Sequence record: HQ630627.1
Origin: Pseudomonas phage PhiPA3
Direction: 5' to 3' (one strand)
DNA length: 64,000 bases
Part shown: positions 17,153 through 25,510 of the stretch, in pieces
How the letters are laid out: each line of letters begins with the position of its first letter
Numbering within the stretch: position 1 is the stretch's first letter
Translations under genes and position numbers: made by a program
Notes under the pieces: model-generated
The model's database searches: none
Seen by the model: the letters and a program-made list of their open reading frames with translations, nothing else
Told to the model about the DNA's origin: nothing

Positions 17153-17491
17153 ATGGACCGCATTAATCTACTCATTACTAACAACAAAGAACGCTACGGC
17201 GTTCGTTCTCCCTTCACTGACATTGACGTAGTGAAACACCCGGTGGTAAATGTGGCAGTACGCCGTGATAACCGTCTGGTCATTATGGAGCTGGCGCGCG
17301 ATAAAGCAGCCAATCTGGTAATTGTGATGGACTTCAAACGTGCTGGTGTACGCAGCGCACTGGATTCCTTCTTACGTGCAATTAATATTCCTTGCACCTA
17401 CGACTTGGTCGGTACCTACAATTATAACGGGGCTGAACCGATCGAGCGCACGTTTCGAACCAACCAATACTTGATTCAGGGGGCGGCATGA
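17153..17491 (+). CDS. hypothetical protein
   Basis: 112-aa ORF. Confidence 0.6.
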   Translation: MDRINLLITNNKERYGVRSPFTDIDVVKHPVVNVAVRRDNRLVIMELARDKAANLVIVMDFKRAGVRSALDSFLRAINIPCTYDLVGTYNYNGAEPIERTFRTNQYLIQGAA

Positions 17492-17838
17492 AATACCTAG
17501 TGCTGATCTGGTTACTACTGTTTGTCGGATGTCAACCGTCGTTTGCTGAACGTGATATCCAGATCACCGATAAATCCTGCCAAGTGGCTGTAGACATTGC
17601 TAAAGTGGCAATGAGCCATTATCGCAAAGGGGCTAATCAATACGACGTAATGTCGGCAGTAAATGGATTCAAGGTAGAAAATAACGAGGAAGCATACGCT
17701 GGTAAAGTGTATGCTCAACTCGCTGTCTTGGATATACAAAAGAACATTCGTCGAGGTTACACCAACACCGATATCCTGAAAGTCTATGTTGAAAACTGTA
17801 AAGGTATTCGGGGTTCCAAATTCGCAAAAGGAAAATAA
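17488..17838 (+). CDS. putative lipoprotein / secreted protein
   Basis: 116 aa; N-terminus MKYLVLIWLLLFVGCQ contains a lipobox-like FVGC; ATGA overlap. Confidence 0.6.
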   Translation: MKYLVLIWLLLFVGCQPSFAERDIQITDKSCQVAVDIAKVAMSHYRKGANQYDVMSAVNGFKVENNEEAYAGKVYAQLAVLDIQKNIRRGYTNTDILKVYVENCKGIRGSKFAKGK

Positions 17839-17840
17839 CC

Positions 17841-17906
17841 ATGAAGCGCAGCACTGTCATCATTGCTATTGCAGCCGTCATTATTGCATGTTGTATTTTT
17901 GAGTAA
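17841..17906 (+). CDS. tiny hydrophobic peptide (MKRSTVIIAIAAVIIACCIFE)
   Basis: 21-codon ORF with RBS ggaaaataaccATG immediately after the previous stop and before a terminator; not in the track (<60 aa). Confidence 0.3.
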   Translation: MKRSTVIIAIAAVIIACCIFE

Positions 17907-17908
17907 AC

Positions 17909-17958
17909 GGCCATAAGCCCTCCCTTCGGGGAGGGCCGTGCCTACTAAATTTTTTTTC
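17909..17958 (+). terminator. rho-independent terminator (GGCCAUAAGCCCUCCC-UUCG-GGGAGGGCCGUGCC plus U-run)
   Basis: long GC stem, UUCG loop, then aaattttttttc. Confidence 0.7.
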
Positions 17959-17962
17959 ACAT

Positions 17963-17971
17963 CTATATTAC
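17963..17971 (+). promoter_or_regulatory. promoter-like element, core CTATATTAC (class A: ttttttttcacatCTATATTACgctaatggc)
   Basis: conserved 9-mer directly after the terminator, ~27 nt upstream of ATG 17998. Confidence 0.5.
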
Positions 17972-17997
17972 GCTAATGGCAAACAAAGGAAACTGTA

Positions 17998-18162
17998 ATG
18001 ACCCACGAAGAAAAGAAACTAGGTTGGCACGCTGTCCTTGCAGTTGTACTGGTGGGGGCGTTCGTCATCTTTTCAATCTATCATCAGGGTAAACGTAAGC
18101 AAGAACAATGCGAACGTTATCCGCTCATCTGTAAGTCGGAATCAACCAATGAATCAAAGTGA
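17998..18162 (+). CDS. small single-pass membrane protein (54 aa)
   Basis: ATG with aaggaaactgtaATG RBS; TM WHAVLAVVLVGAFVIFSIY; not in the track (<60 aa). Confidence 0.45.
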   Translation: MTHEEKKLGWHAVLAVVLVGAFVIFSIYHQGKRKQEQCERYPLICKSESTNESK

Positions 18163-18376
18163 CTATTTACATACGCTCGACCGCAGCCAGTCTCGTGGTA
18201 CTGACCGTGTTGCGGCTTTGATGCGAACTGCGACTCTGGCACTGGAACGACATCCTGACTTGAAAGATAGGCTGAAGTCAGTTGAAGTAAATTGGGTTGG
18301 CGAGGGGAATGAACGCCAACCCAATATTCGGATTGAATTCACTGATGGTGAGGTGCGTAACCATGTCCCGGATTAA
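18148..18376 (+). CDS. hypothetical protein
   Basis: track 18038..18376; ATG 18148 (MNQSDYLHTL) overlaps the preceding small gene. Confidence 0.45.
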
Positions 18377-18893
18377 GGCTACTATCTATGGTACATGGGT
18401 ACCCAATGGCGATGGTTACGAACTGGCTATTTATCCCATCGTACAGCGCTGGCGTGATGATGGAGATCGTATCATGCCTCAGGGTAGTTTCTCATTGATT
18501 AATCTTCACGACGATAAAACGTTGGAAAAGATCCTAGATGAGGACTACCGGTTCACATCGGAGATGAAAGTCCGTACCGTCTGCAATGAAGACGACGACA
18601 TTCAGAACTTCTTCGCTGCGGTTAAGAACGAGCAGTACACGCCTACTCTGGAACTGCACAACCTTGGCGAGTTCCAAGATAAGGAAGGTTTCGAATACGA
18701 AGTCTACCTCATGATCACCAACTATAACCTGACGGCTACGCCTACCTCCAGTAAGTATGCTTGGGATGGCATGTATTTGCTGGAAGACATCGAACTGGAT
18801 GAAGATGAGGAACTCGAACGCGAGATCCTAGCTACTCTTCGTAAACTCAAAGGCCCGGCTACGTTCAGTGCTGGCCGAGTGGAGAAACCGTAA
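18363..18893 (+). CDS. hypothetical acidic protein
   Basis: track 18297..18893; ATG 18363 (MSRIKATIYG). Confidence 0.6.
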   Translation: MSRIKATIYGTWVPNGDGYELAIYPIVQRWRDDGDRIMPQGSFSLINLHDDKTLEKILDEDYRFTSEMKVRTVCNEDDDIQNFFAAVKNEQYTPTLELHNLGEFQDKEGFEYEVYLMITNYNLTATPTSSKYAWDGMYLLEDIELDEDEELEREILATLRKLKGPATFSAGRVEKP

Positions 18894-19159
18894 TGGATTC
18901 CACAATCCATGTCGCTTATAGTTACAGTATCATACGGCTATGCCAAGACTCGCCCCGCACCAGCCATACGCGACGTCGGTCATGGTCAGTTCAACGCAAT
19001 AGTTACAAAGAAAGTAACGGTGAATACCTACGTTATCCATCTAAAGCCGATGCAATAACCGGCTGGTTTTCTGCTACCAATGCACGGATTGCCAAGAAGC
19101 AGGCAAAGAGATACCTCAAACTCAACATTAACAAGTTCAAAGAACAGGTGCAAGCATGA
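18893..19159 (+). CDS. hypothetical basic protein
   Basis: 88-aa ORF, TAATG overlap. Confidence 0.5.
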   Translation: MDSTIHVAYSYSIIRLCQDSPRTSHTRRRSWSVQRNSYKESNGEYLRYPSKADAITGWFSATNARIAKKQAKRYLKLNINKFKEQVQA

Positions 19160-19509
19160 CTATTTATTTCGAAGGTAATGGTGAATCCAAGCCGGTTACC
19201 CTGAGCCAAACCCGTGACCAGTTCATGCTGGCTATCAAGAACAAGCGCGATGAGGTTCTGTCAAATCCGCTGCTGGAAACTTACGAAGACCCGGCACAGC
19301 GTGACCGCGTAGTGGCAGATGCTACTATTAAAGGTGTTCTACAAGTGCTGGATGGTGAATCCAATGACTTCCCAGCAGTGGAACTCAAGCCGTTCGTTCC
19401 AGAAGAAGACATCACCGAAGCAAAAGAAGCAGGTGCGGATTACTTAGATCCAGAATGTGCTGATTTCGGTCAAGGGTTGGCTGAGTACTGGAACTTGATC
19501 TCTTCCTAA
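19156..19509 (+). CDS. small acidic protein, member of tandem paralog family (C-terminus ...EYWNLISS)
   Basis: 117 aa; central ATIKGVLQVLDGESNDF core motif and conserved C-terminal tail shared with neighbours. Confidence 0.65.
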   Translation: MTIYFEGNGESKPVTLSQTRDQFMLAIKNKRDEVLSNPLLETYEDPAQRDRVVADATIKGVLQVLDGESNDFPAVELKPFVPEEDITEAKEAGADYLDPECADFGQGLAEYWNLISS

Positions 19510-19514
19510 GGAGG

Positions 19515-19769
19515 TTGGTGATGGCAACGTTGAAAGAGGATGTCCTCGGTCAAATATCATTCGAGTTGCTAGAACTGCGCCAGGCTTTGCTTGACGACGT
19601 TCCTAACATGACCCCGAGCAAGCTGATTGATCGAGCTATCACTGGTGCAACTACGGTATTGGAAAAGAATTTTGAATTCAAAGCCAAGGCCGTTCAGGAA
19701 TGCAACGGTGATCCCCACTGGTGTGTTGGTATAACCGAGAAATACTGGGAAGACCTTACAAGCGGTTAG
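19515..19769 (+). CDS. small acidic protein, paralog family member (C-terminus ...KYWEDLTSG)
   Basis: 84 aa; RBS ctaaggaggttggtgATG; core LIDRAITGATTVLEKNFE. Confidence 0.65.
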   Translation: MVMATLKEDVLGQISFELLELRQALLDDVPNMTPSKLIDRAITGATTVLEKNFEFKAKAVQECNGDPHWCVGITEKYWEDLTSG

Positions 19770-19777
19770 GAGGGCAC

Positions 19778-20347
19778 ATGCGGATTAAACCAGAGAGGGT
19801 GTTGATGGTAGTCAACCAAACTATCTATCACCCGGATATGCCGAGTACAGTTGTTTTCCACAAGGGGGATACTCTTGAGGTTAAGGACGATGGAACGTTG
19901 GTCTACCTCAATAATGATCCCTTTACGCGGTTTCCCAAACCGGCAACACCAATGAGTAAGCAGGCTTACGATCAGTTCGTTAAACCTTATCTGGATAAAT
20001 TTCCATCGCCGGCACCTAAACCGGTACGTCCATCTCTTAAAGAACAGTGGGCGGCCGTAGGGATTGATCTGGACAAGTGGGATCCAACCACCAGACCTGA
20101 ATACGATGGACCTTCCCCTCAACTGTCATACACTCGTGAAGCTTTGCGTGCACTAGCAGACAAGAAGGTAATCGACATGTACGGGATCGTTAAGGGGGCG
20201 AAACAACAGGCTCTCATGACGCAGTTGATCCAAAGTACTGTGGTGGACACAGTGAAGGTCATTGACAAACATCTGGTTATTCAGGACGACTACCATGAAG
20301 ATGTTTGGGGGATTACTGAACAACTCTTCAACGACATCAGTAACTAG
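19778..20347 (+). CDS. paralog family member with N-terminal extension (C-terminus ...EQLFNDISN)
   Basis: track 19721..20347; ATG 19778 with RBS ggagggcacATG; C-terminal half carries the core-like LIQSTVVDTVKVIDKHL. Confidence 0.65.
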   Translation: MRIKPERVLMVVNQTIYHPDMPSTVVFHKGDTLEVKDDGTLVYLNNDPFTRFPKPATPMSKQAYDQFVKPYLDKFPSPAPKPVRPSLKEQWAAVGIDLDKWDPTTRPEYDGPSPQLSYTREALRALADKKVIDMYGIVKGAKQQALMTQLIQSTVVDTVKVIDKHLVIQDDYHEDVWGITEQLFNDISN

Positions 20348-20355
20348 GAGGTCAT

Positions 20356-20925
20356 ATGTTCTTCCTCACTGAAGATACAGAATGCAGTATCAATGGGCGC
20401 ACTGTCAAAGTTTCGGAAGGGACAGTGGTTGCACCGGAAGGGCTTATCGACCTGGATATGATCCCGGTACGATTCCCTGGGCATGATGACAGCAGTACGC
20501 ATTTCCTGCCGGTCTCATCGCTACAATGGAAATACGAACCTGACCAACTGCTATTGCGTGAAGCAGTTGAAGAAACCACCGAACAGATTATTGAGGGTGT
20601 TGGGATCTATGATAACGACATCTCGTTCAATAATGCCCTCGAACGGTTGGCGAAAGTACGAAAAGATCTGCACAGGGATGTAAACAACTATCTCCCTGAA
20701 AGCATGCAAACTGTCGTTCACCTGTTGGTAGATGAATCCATCGCAGCTGGGATGAACGTGATCGCCGAGAACTACGAGCTACGTGGCGATATGCGGTATG
20801 GTCCGGATGAAGAAAATGCCATCGAGGTTTCCTACGAAACTACCCAGTCGGTCAATGATTCTCTGTGGAACACTATCTTCGAGCTAGAAGTAGATAAGCT
20901 CCAGGAGATCAGTGATGAGCAGTGA
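20356..20925 (+). CDS. acidic protein, divergent paralog family member (core LVDESIAAGMNVIAENYE)
   Basis: 189 aa; RBS aggaggtcatATG. Confidence 0.65.
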   Translation: MFFLTEDTECSINGRTVKVSEGTVVAPEGLIDLDMIPVRFPGHDDSSTHFLPVSSLQWKYEPDQLLLREAVEETTEQIIEGVGIYDNDISFNNALERLAKVRKDLHRDVNNYLPESMQTVVHLLVDESIAAGMNVIAENYELRGDMRYGPDEENAIEVSYETTQSVNDSLWNTIFELEVDKLQEISDEQ

Positions 20926-21036
20926 AATTAATCACGTCCTTGATCCCAAGAAATAAATACGCTCGTGTGTTAGCTTGTGTGATGATTGTCGTCATCGTTC
21001 AAGCTAGCTCATTTAAATTCATCTAGGAGTAATACA

Positions 21037-21654
21037 ATGGCTGAAGTTAAATTCGAGATCACCTCGGATAAAGCTCATCTGGGTAAGACCCTGCTGGGTG
21101 CTGAACTTGTGCGCCAACTGCGTAAAGCTGGCTTTCCGGTGGTCACCGAATGCATAGACGGTGATCTGGAGTGCCGGGTTGAAGACGACGAGACTGATCA
21201 CAATCATCGCCTGAAAGAGCTGGGGAAGTTCTTCCAGGACAATGGTCATGCGGTTAAAGTGGTCGAGTACTTGACTGTTCCGCTAGCGCGCTATCCACTT
21301 TTTGATCAGCAAACCCGTGTGGTCATGCCTGTTCCGAACGGTGTTGAAAACCCCGCCGCCTTTGCAGAGGAAGTCAATGCCGCAGTGAAGGGTATCTTCG
21401 AACGGTATGGGGTACCACCAGAAGCATATGCCAAGCTTCGACAATCCAGTCTCTATGGTCGGCCGTTATCCCGTGCCGTGCTCGAACTGGATAAAGATAA
21501 CCCGGATCCATCGCATACGGCTCAACTCGTTCAAGATGCGATCAATGAGTCTGCCCATCGTGCGTTCCCACTGGGTGACCCGCGTGATCAACGTCAGGAT
21601 GTCTCTGACGCCATCGCTAATGCCAACAATGTTGTACTGTCCAAGAAACCCTAA
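21037..21654 (+). CDS. hypothetical protein (possibly a distant family member)
   Basis: track 20986..21654; ATG 21037 with RBS taggagtaatacaATG. Confidence 0.6.
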   Translation: MAEVKFEITSDKAHLGKTLLGAELVRQLRKAGFPVVTECIDGDLECRVEDDETDHNHRLKELGKFFQDNGHAVKVVEYLTVPLARYPLFDQQTRVVMPVPNGVENPAAFAEEVNAAVKGIFERYGVPPEAYAKLRQSSLYGRPLSRAVLELDKDNPDPSHTAQLVQDAINESAHRAFPLGDPRDQRQDVSDAIANANNVVLSKKP

Positions 21655-21667
21655 TAGGAGCTTTACC

Positions 21668-21982
21668 GTGGAAGAAATTGAAATGACCCAAGCGCAAGAA
21701 AACAAAGAAATCGTTCGTACCTCCTACGCAGCTACCGTGCTGGCTGGAGTGGTTGAATTCGGTGGTGATCTGCTGCGCGATGTACCGAGTGATAGCGCCG
21801 CACATGCTCTGGTCCCTCAAGCCATTGCGGGTACTCTGGACGCCGTACAGAACGCCTACCACCTCGTACCGAAGATCGAGTATGTGGGTGATGACCTGCG
21901 TGATCGCGAAGCACCGGTAAATACCGAGAGCACCAAGCTTAGCGGTCTGCTGGATGAGCTCTGGGATAAGGTCTCTGGCTAA
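21668..21982 (+). CDS. small acidic protein, paralog family member (GTG start; C-terminus ...DELWDKVSG)
   Basis: RBS taggag, then GTG at 21668 (alternative ATG 21683); core QAIAGTLDAVQNAYHLV nearly identical to the 22632 gene. Confidence 0.55.
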   Translation: MEEIEMTQAQENKEIVRTSYAATVLAGVVEFGGDLLRDVPSDSAAHALVPQAIAGTLDAVQNAYHLVPKIEYVGDDLRDREAPVNTESTKLSGLLDELWDKVSG

Positions 21983-22121
21983 TGCCTACGGTTTTTGATA
22001 TAGCTGAAAACCGAGCCCGTTTCGTTACTTCTGTAATTAAGGAAGATAAGGCAATTCATCTGCGCTTATCTAAATCCACCGATAGTGGCGTGCTTATCGA
22101 TATCTGGAAGGATGTTTGATT

Positions 22122-22412
22122 ATGAGTGAACAACTGAAGATTCGCGGTTGTAGCGAGATCCTAACGGATTTCAACAACCATCTGGTCGAAAAGCTGATTG
22201 CGGTACGTGATAACTGCACTACTGAATTTGACATCGCTCCTGAGGTGGTGAACAAGATCGTTGGTAGTACAGTTGAGGTCATGGAGACCACCTGTCGTAT
22301 TCTACCCGACTACGACAAGATCCTGACCGAGGAAGAGAAGAAAGCCGAACTCACTTTGGTCTGGAGTCCTGTGGGTTACACTGAGGCTTTCTGGAATGCC
22401 GTCAGCAACTGA
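22122..22412 (+). CDS. small acidic protein, paralog family member (C-terminus ...EAFWNAVSN)
   Basis: track 22116..22412 begins at an in-frame TTG; ATG at 22122 (MSEQLKIRG); core VVNKIVGSTVEVMETT. Confidence 0.6.
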   Translation: MSEQLKIRGCSEILTDFNNHLVEKLIAVRDNCTTEFDIAPEVVNKIVGSTVEVMETTCRILPDYDKILTEEEKKAELTLVWSPVGYTEAFWNAVSN

Positions 22413-22590
22413 AATTGATCTGGTAGAGGCAGTCACTCGTACTGCACCTCTACCAGTCGAGAAGAATCTCTCTATTCGAGAGAAGAACGTTATCCGTCGC
22501 GTGAACCGTAAATGTAAAGCTGAACGTAAGCGTATTCATAACGCTACGCTAGGTATGTTACGTCGCATGGTGCTCGAATCGGTTAACTAA
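22396..22590 (+). CDS. small basic protein
   Basis: 64-aa ORF overlapping the previous gene's end; weak RBS. Confidence 0.35.
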   Translation: MPSATEIDLVEAVTRTAPLPVEKNLSIREKNVIRRVNRKCKAERKRIHNATLGMLRRMVLESVN

Positions 22591-22631
22591 CCCAAGGCTT
22601 AGATACCCTTGGTCAATATCTGGAGACGGGA

Positions 22632-22958
22632 ATGACTACCCAATTCTTTGGTGCTGTAAAAGAAGCTCGACAAGCGGCTATCGACCTCTACAAGACTCAG
22701 CTCACTGATGAGCAGGTCCGTGAAGCGGTCAAAGGTATGGGTGCCGACGAAATCATTGCTCACTTCACTGGTATCCGGGAACAGCGTGCAATGGATGCAA
22801 TCGACATGGCCATTGGTGGTACCCTCGATGCAGTGGAAAACCACTACGAGGAAATCATCGAAGCCACGGCCTCTGACTCGGAAGGGACGGAGATCGAAGT
22901 GAGTGTATCGTGTGTCAGCAGTCTGGCTGCTTCGTTCTTTGACGAGATCAGCAATTGA
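22632..22958 (+). CDS. small acidic protein, paralog family member (C-terminus ...ASFFDEISN)
   Basis: 108 aa; RBS ctggagacgggaATG; core MAIGGTLDAVENHYEEI. Confidence 0.65.
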   Translation: MTTQFFGAVKEARQAAIDLYKTQLTDEQVREAVKGMGADEIIAHFTGIREQRAMDAIDMAIGGTLDAVENHYEEIIEATASDSEGTEIEVSVSCVSSLAASFFDEISN

Positions 22959-22969
22959 TGTAACGGCAT

Positions 22970-23010
22970 ATCGGCTCTCCTTCGGGAGAGCCGGTGTGTT
23001 CATTTCTTTT
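22970..23010 (+). terminator. rho-independent terminator (CGGCUCUCC-UUCG-GGAGAGCCG plus U-run)
   Basis: stem-loop then gttcatttcttttttgg. Confidence 0.7.
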
Positions 23011-23023
23011 TTGGAATAAAACA

Positions 23024-23458
23024 ATGACGGTAACCAATTTCTTCATTTGTTTCGCCTGTGCTGGTGTGATAGTATTCATCTGGCGGTTCCTGGGTCATTT
23101 GGCTCTTGCTAAACAACAACTCTTGCAAGGCCCGGTCAACACTGACAGCCTGATGGATCTGATCATCTACCGTATGGAACATTTATACGGGGACGTTATT
23201 GAAACTTCTGCTGTCTTTCAGTTCTTGAGAATTCCATTCCAACCTGGTCGTTCGGTCTATTACCTACTGTGTTACAAGGATCGGGTTCAGGTATTCACCA
23301 CGTCTGATCAAGCAAACAATGCAGCCAATGAAGAAGCTTATTCCATTGTTGAATTGGAGATGATCGGCAAGCCTGATTTTACTGTTAAAATCAGGCAGAT
23401 GACATCGCATCATGCTGGAGTAGAAACCCATCTGCATTGGGGTGTGCAAACCCGGTGA
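23024..23458 (+). CDS. membrane protein (N-terminal TM)
   Basis: track 22994..23458; ATG 23024 (MTVTNFFICFACAGVIVFIW). Confidence 0.55.
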   Translation: MTVTNFFICFACAGVIVFIWRFLGHLALAKQQLLQGPVNTDSLMDLIIYRMEHLYGDVIETSAVFQFLRIPFQPGRSVYYLLCYKDRVQVFTTSDQANNAANEEAYSIVELEMIGKPDFTVKIRQMTSHHAGVETHLHWGVQTR

Positions 23459-23518
23459 TTCTAACAGATGTTATGTATTAGCAATCCCGCTGATACTTTC
23501 ATAGCTGGAGAAACACCA

Positions 23519-23875
23519 ATGGCGATTCTCAGTCTTGTGCAAGCGGGCGAACAGCTGGCTGCCAACGAGATTGCTCCGTTCGAAGCGGACATTAACAACT
23601 ACCTGTCTCAGCCGACAACGGTTGACTTCCTGAACAACCCTGATCAGGAAGTTCACTTTGTGTTCCGTACCTACAAGGGCGTGAAAATCGCTCAGGCTTC
23701 AGTAGATGCTCTGAAAGCAGCTATCGAAGCAGCTGGTTGGAAGTCCGTAGAAGTTACCCTGGTTGGTGACGTTCTGGATGTCAAGTTCTACGTCGAAGAG
23801 CAAACTGCTGAACCCGAACCGCCGGTATCCGGTGGTGACGAAGGCGGTGAACCGGATCCGGCTCCGACTGAGTAA
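23519..23875 (+). CDS. acidic protein with Pro/Glu-rich C-terminal tail
   Basis: track 23468..23875; ATG 23519 after a ctggagaaacacc RBS. Confidence 0.6.
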   Translation: MAILSLVQAGEQLAANEIAPFEADINNYLSQPTTVDFLNNPDQEVHFVFRTYKGVKIAQASVDALKAAIEAAGWKSVEVTLVGDVLDVKFYVEEQTAEPEPPVSGGDEGGEPDPAPTE

Positions 23876-23882
23876 CAACATA

Positions 23883-23912
23883 ATTGCCCTCTCCTTCGGG
23901 AGAGGGCGTTAT
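23883..23912. terminator. bidirectional rho-independent terminator (GCCCUCUCC-UUCG-GGAGAGGGC)
   Basis: palindromic GC stem flanked by A/T on both sides; terminates + transcription and the convergent small - gene. Confidence 0.65.
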
Positions 23913-23916
23913 GCTG

Positions 23917-24087
23917 TCAAACGTCTTTATAGCTTGCACCTATCTGGACGTTCTCAACGGAGGCCTTTTGATCAGCCTTGTTGAATTCTTTGGCTACCTT
24001 TTGTGGGATACCCACTTTCTTAGCAAATTCCTTTGAATGTGCGGCAGCAGCCATAGTACGCTTTTGTTTCTCACTAACTGAAGGCAT
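23917..24087 (-). CDS. small basic/lysine-rich protein (56 aa), lone minus-strand gene inside the + block
   Basis: ATG with strong RBS GAGGAGtatgcccATG on the minus strand; sequence MPSVSEKQKRTMAAAAHSKEFAKKVGIPQKVAKEFNKADQKASVENVQIGASYKDV; ends before the bidirectional terminator; not in the track (<60 aa). Confidence 0.4.
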   Translation of the reverse strand: MPSVSEKQKRTMAAAAHSKEFAKKVGIPQKVAKEFNKADQKASVENVQIGASYKDV

Positions 24088-24131
24088 GGGCATACTCCTC
24101 TGACTTTCATATATTTAAAGCATTTAAAACC

Positions 24132-24140
24132 CTATATTAC
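24132..24140 (+). promoter_or_regulatory. promoter-like element, core CTATATTAC (class B: tttaaagcatttaaaaccCTATATTACaaatgTGAT)
   Basis: conserved 9-mer 44 nt upstream of ATG 24184; divergent from the small minus gene. Confidence 0.5.
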
Positions 24141-24183
24141 AAATGTGATCTAACCCCTTCAAATACCAATAGGAATCTTCAAA

Positions 24184-24561
24184 ATGCAACAGATTAAAAA
24201 CGCTATGGAAGCTGTAGTTGTAGTTGGTGCTGTAGTTATCGCCGCTGCGGCCATGGTCATCATGGCTTCTCAAGCTATGCAGGAAGAAAGTTCTCCACGC
24301 CCGGTAAGACCGCGTCCTCAACCGCGTATCTGGTACACCACTCCAGAGATGCATGCTTTCATTGACGAACGCTTTGAACGCATGTACGAACGCATGGTCT
24401 TCCTGTTCGACCAACGTGAACAGCAGCTGTACTTCCATGAAGAATGCATGCGCATTGCAGTAATCGTGGAAAAGATGAGTCCCACCAGTCATCACGCTCT
24501 GGACTACCTGGATTACCTCGAACGTAAGAAACGTGAATTCCGTATCGAACACAACATCTAA
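24184..24561 (+). CDS. membrane protein (N-terminal TM, Pro/Arg-rich segment)
   Basis: 125-aa ORF; RBS aggaatcttcaaaATG. Confidence 0.6.
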   Translation: MQQIKNAMEAVVVVGAVVIAAAAMVIMASQAMQEESSPRPVRPRPQPRIWYTTPEMHAFIDERFERMYERMVFLFDQREQQLYFHEECMRIAVIVEKMSPTSHHALDYLDYLERKKREFRIEHNI

Positions 24562-24570
24562 GGACTAACC

Positions 24571-25218
24571 ATGCAACTGTTACGCAGCATTGAGATCACT
24601 CGCACTACCCATGGCTACCCAGAAGTGGCCCAACTCGACATCTATCTGGACTGGATGAACACAGTCCCGGTTTATGCCGTCCACACACCGCATGCAATGG
24701 ACTCCGAACGTGAGGTTCGTCTGCATGCTCGTTACTTCGTTTCCCGCCCCCATGTGCGGGAATTCGTGGAGGAGTACAGCAAGTGCTTCGGCCTGGGGGC
24801 TGAGTCGATCGAGATCGATAAGGGGTATTGTTGGGCAGAGCTACATCAATTGATGTTCCTGCAAGATATCGACGCTCCTAATCCATGGCGGGTGCGCATC
24901 ACCAACCATGCCGAGCTGTTCAGTGGCATACACCGTTACGTCGGCATCGACCTCAGTAACCAAGCTCCCACGGTAACGTACGAACAGCATCAAGCAGCAA
25001 AGTTCCACAGTCAGGCTCTGGCGAGCGTCATTGCCATGACCTACACCAGCGCAGCTTGTAAACCAGTATTCAACAGTCTACTGGAAGAGCTGGATAACGA
25101 GCTGATTTTCATCGTGGAACGTTACGACGATGTCGATGGTTCGTGGAAGGAATTCTGTGCACCCGACTTCGTCAGCCGTCAACCAGTCATTCAATACAAC
25201 GACTCGATAGGCCTGTAA
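24571..25218 (+). CDS. hypothetical protein
   Basis: 215-aa ORF; RBS aaggactaaccATG. Confidence 0.65.
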   Translation: MQLLRSIEITRTTHGYPEVAQLDIYLDWMNTVPVYAVHTPHAMDSEREVRLHARYFVSRPHVREFVEEYSKCFGLGAESIEIDKGYCWAELHQLMFLQDIDAPNPWRVRITNHAELFSGIHRYVGIDLSNQAPTVTYEQHQAAKFHSQALASVIAMTYTSAACKPVFNSLLEELDNELIFIVERYDDVDGSWKEFCAPDFVSRQPVIQYNDSIGL

Positions 25219-25257
25219 TACCCCAACCTCAATTCAATACACAAAAGGAATATACCC

Positions 25258-25497
25258 ATGCAACTGCAATCCAAAGCTATTTTCGGTGGTGCTCGTCAGA
25301 TCGACCTGGATCCGGTTCTGATGATGTCCGAACGCAACGTACTGGCAGTACGCTGCCTGGTGGCCTCCAAGCTTGGTCATGAAGCGCGCGCCTTCTACCA
25401 GGTCAACACCAAGGGTTACCCGTTCATCGAGGTCTGGGGCGGCGACAAAGATAAGCGCGACGAGTTCGAAGCCGAACTGCGTAAAGTCTTCCATTAA
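25258..25497 (+). CDS. hypothetical protein
   Basis: 79-aa ORF; RBS aaaggaatatacccATG. Confidence 0.55.
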   Translation: MQLQSKAIFGGARQIDLDPVLMMSERNVLAVRCLVASKLGHEARAFYQVNTKGYPFIEVWGGDKDKRDEFEAELRKVFH

Positions 25498-25510
25498 TAA
25501 GGAGCTATCA

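Noticed and set aside
22599-23024. 141-aa minus ORF opposite the paralog gene 22632..22958
   Set aside because: It is antisense to a + gene that belongs to the conserved paralog family, and it has no RBS.
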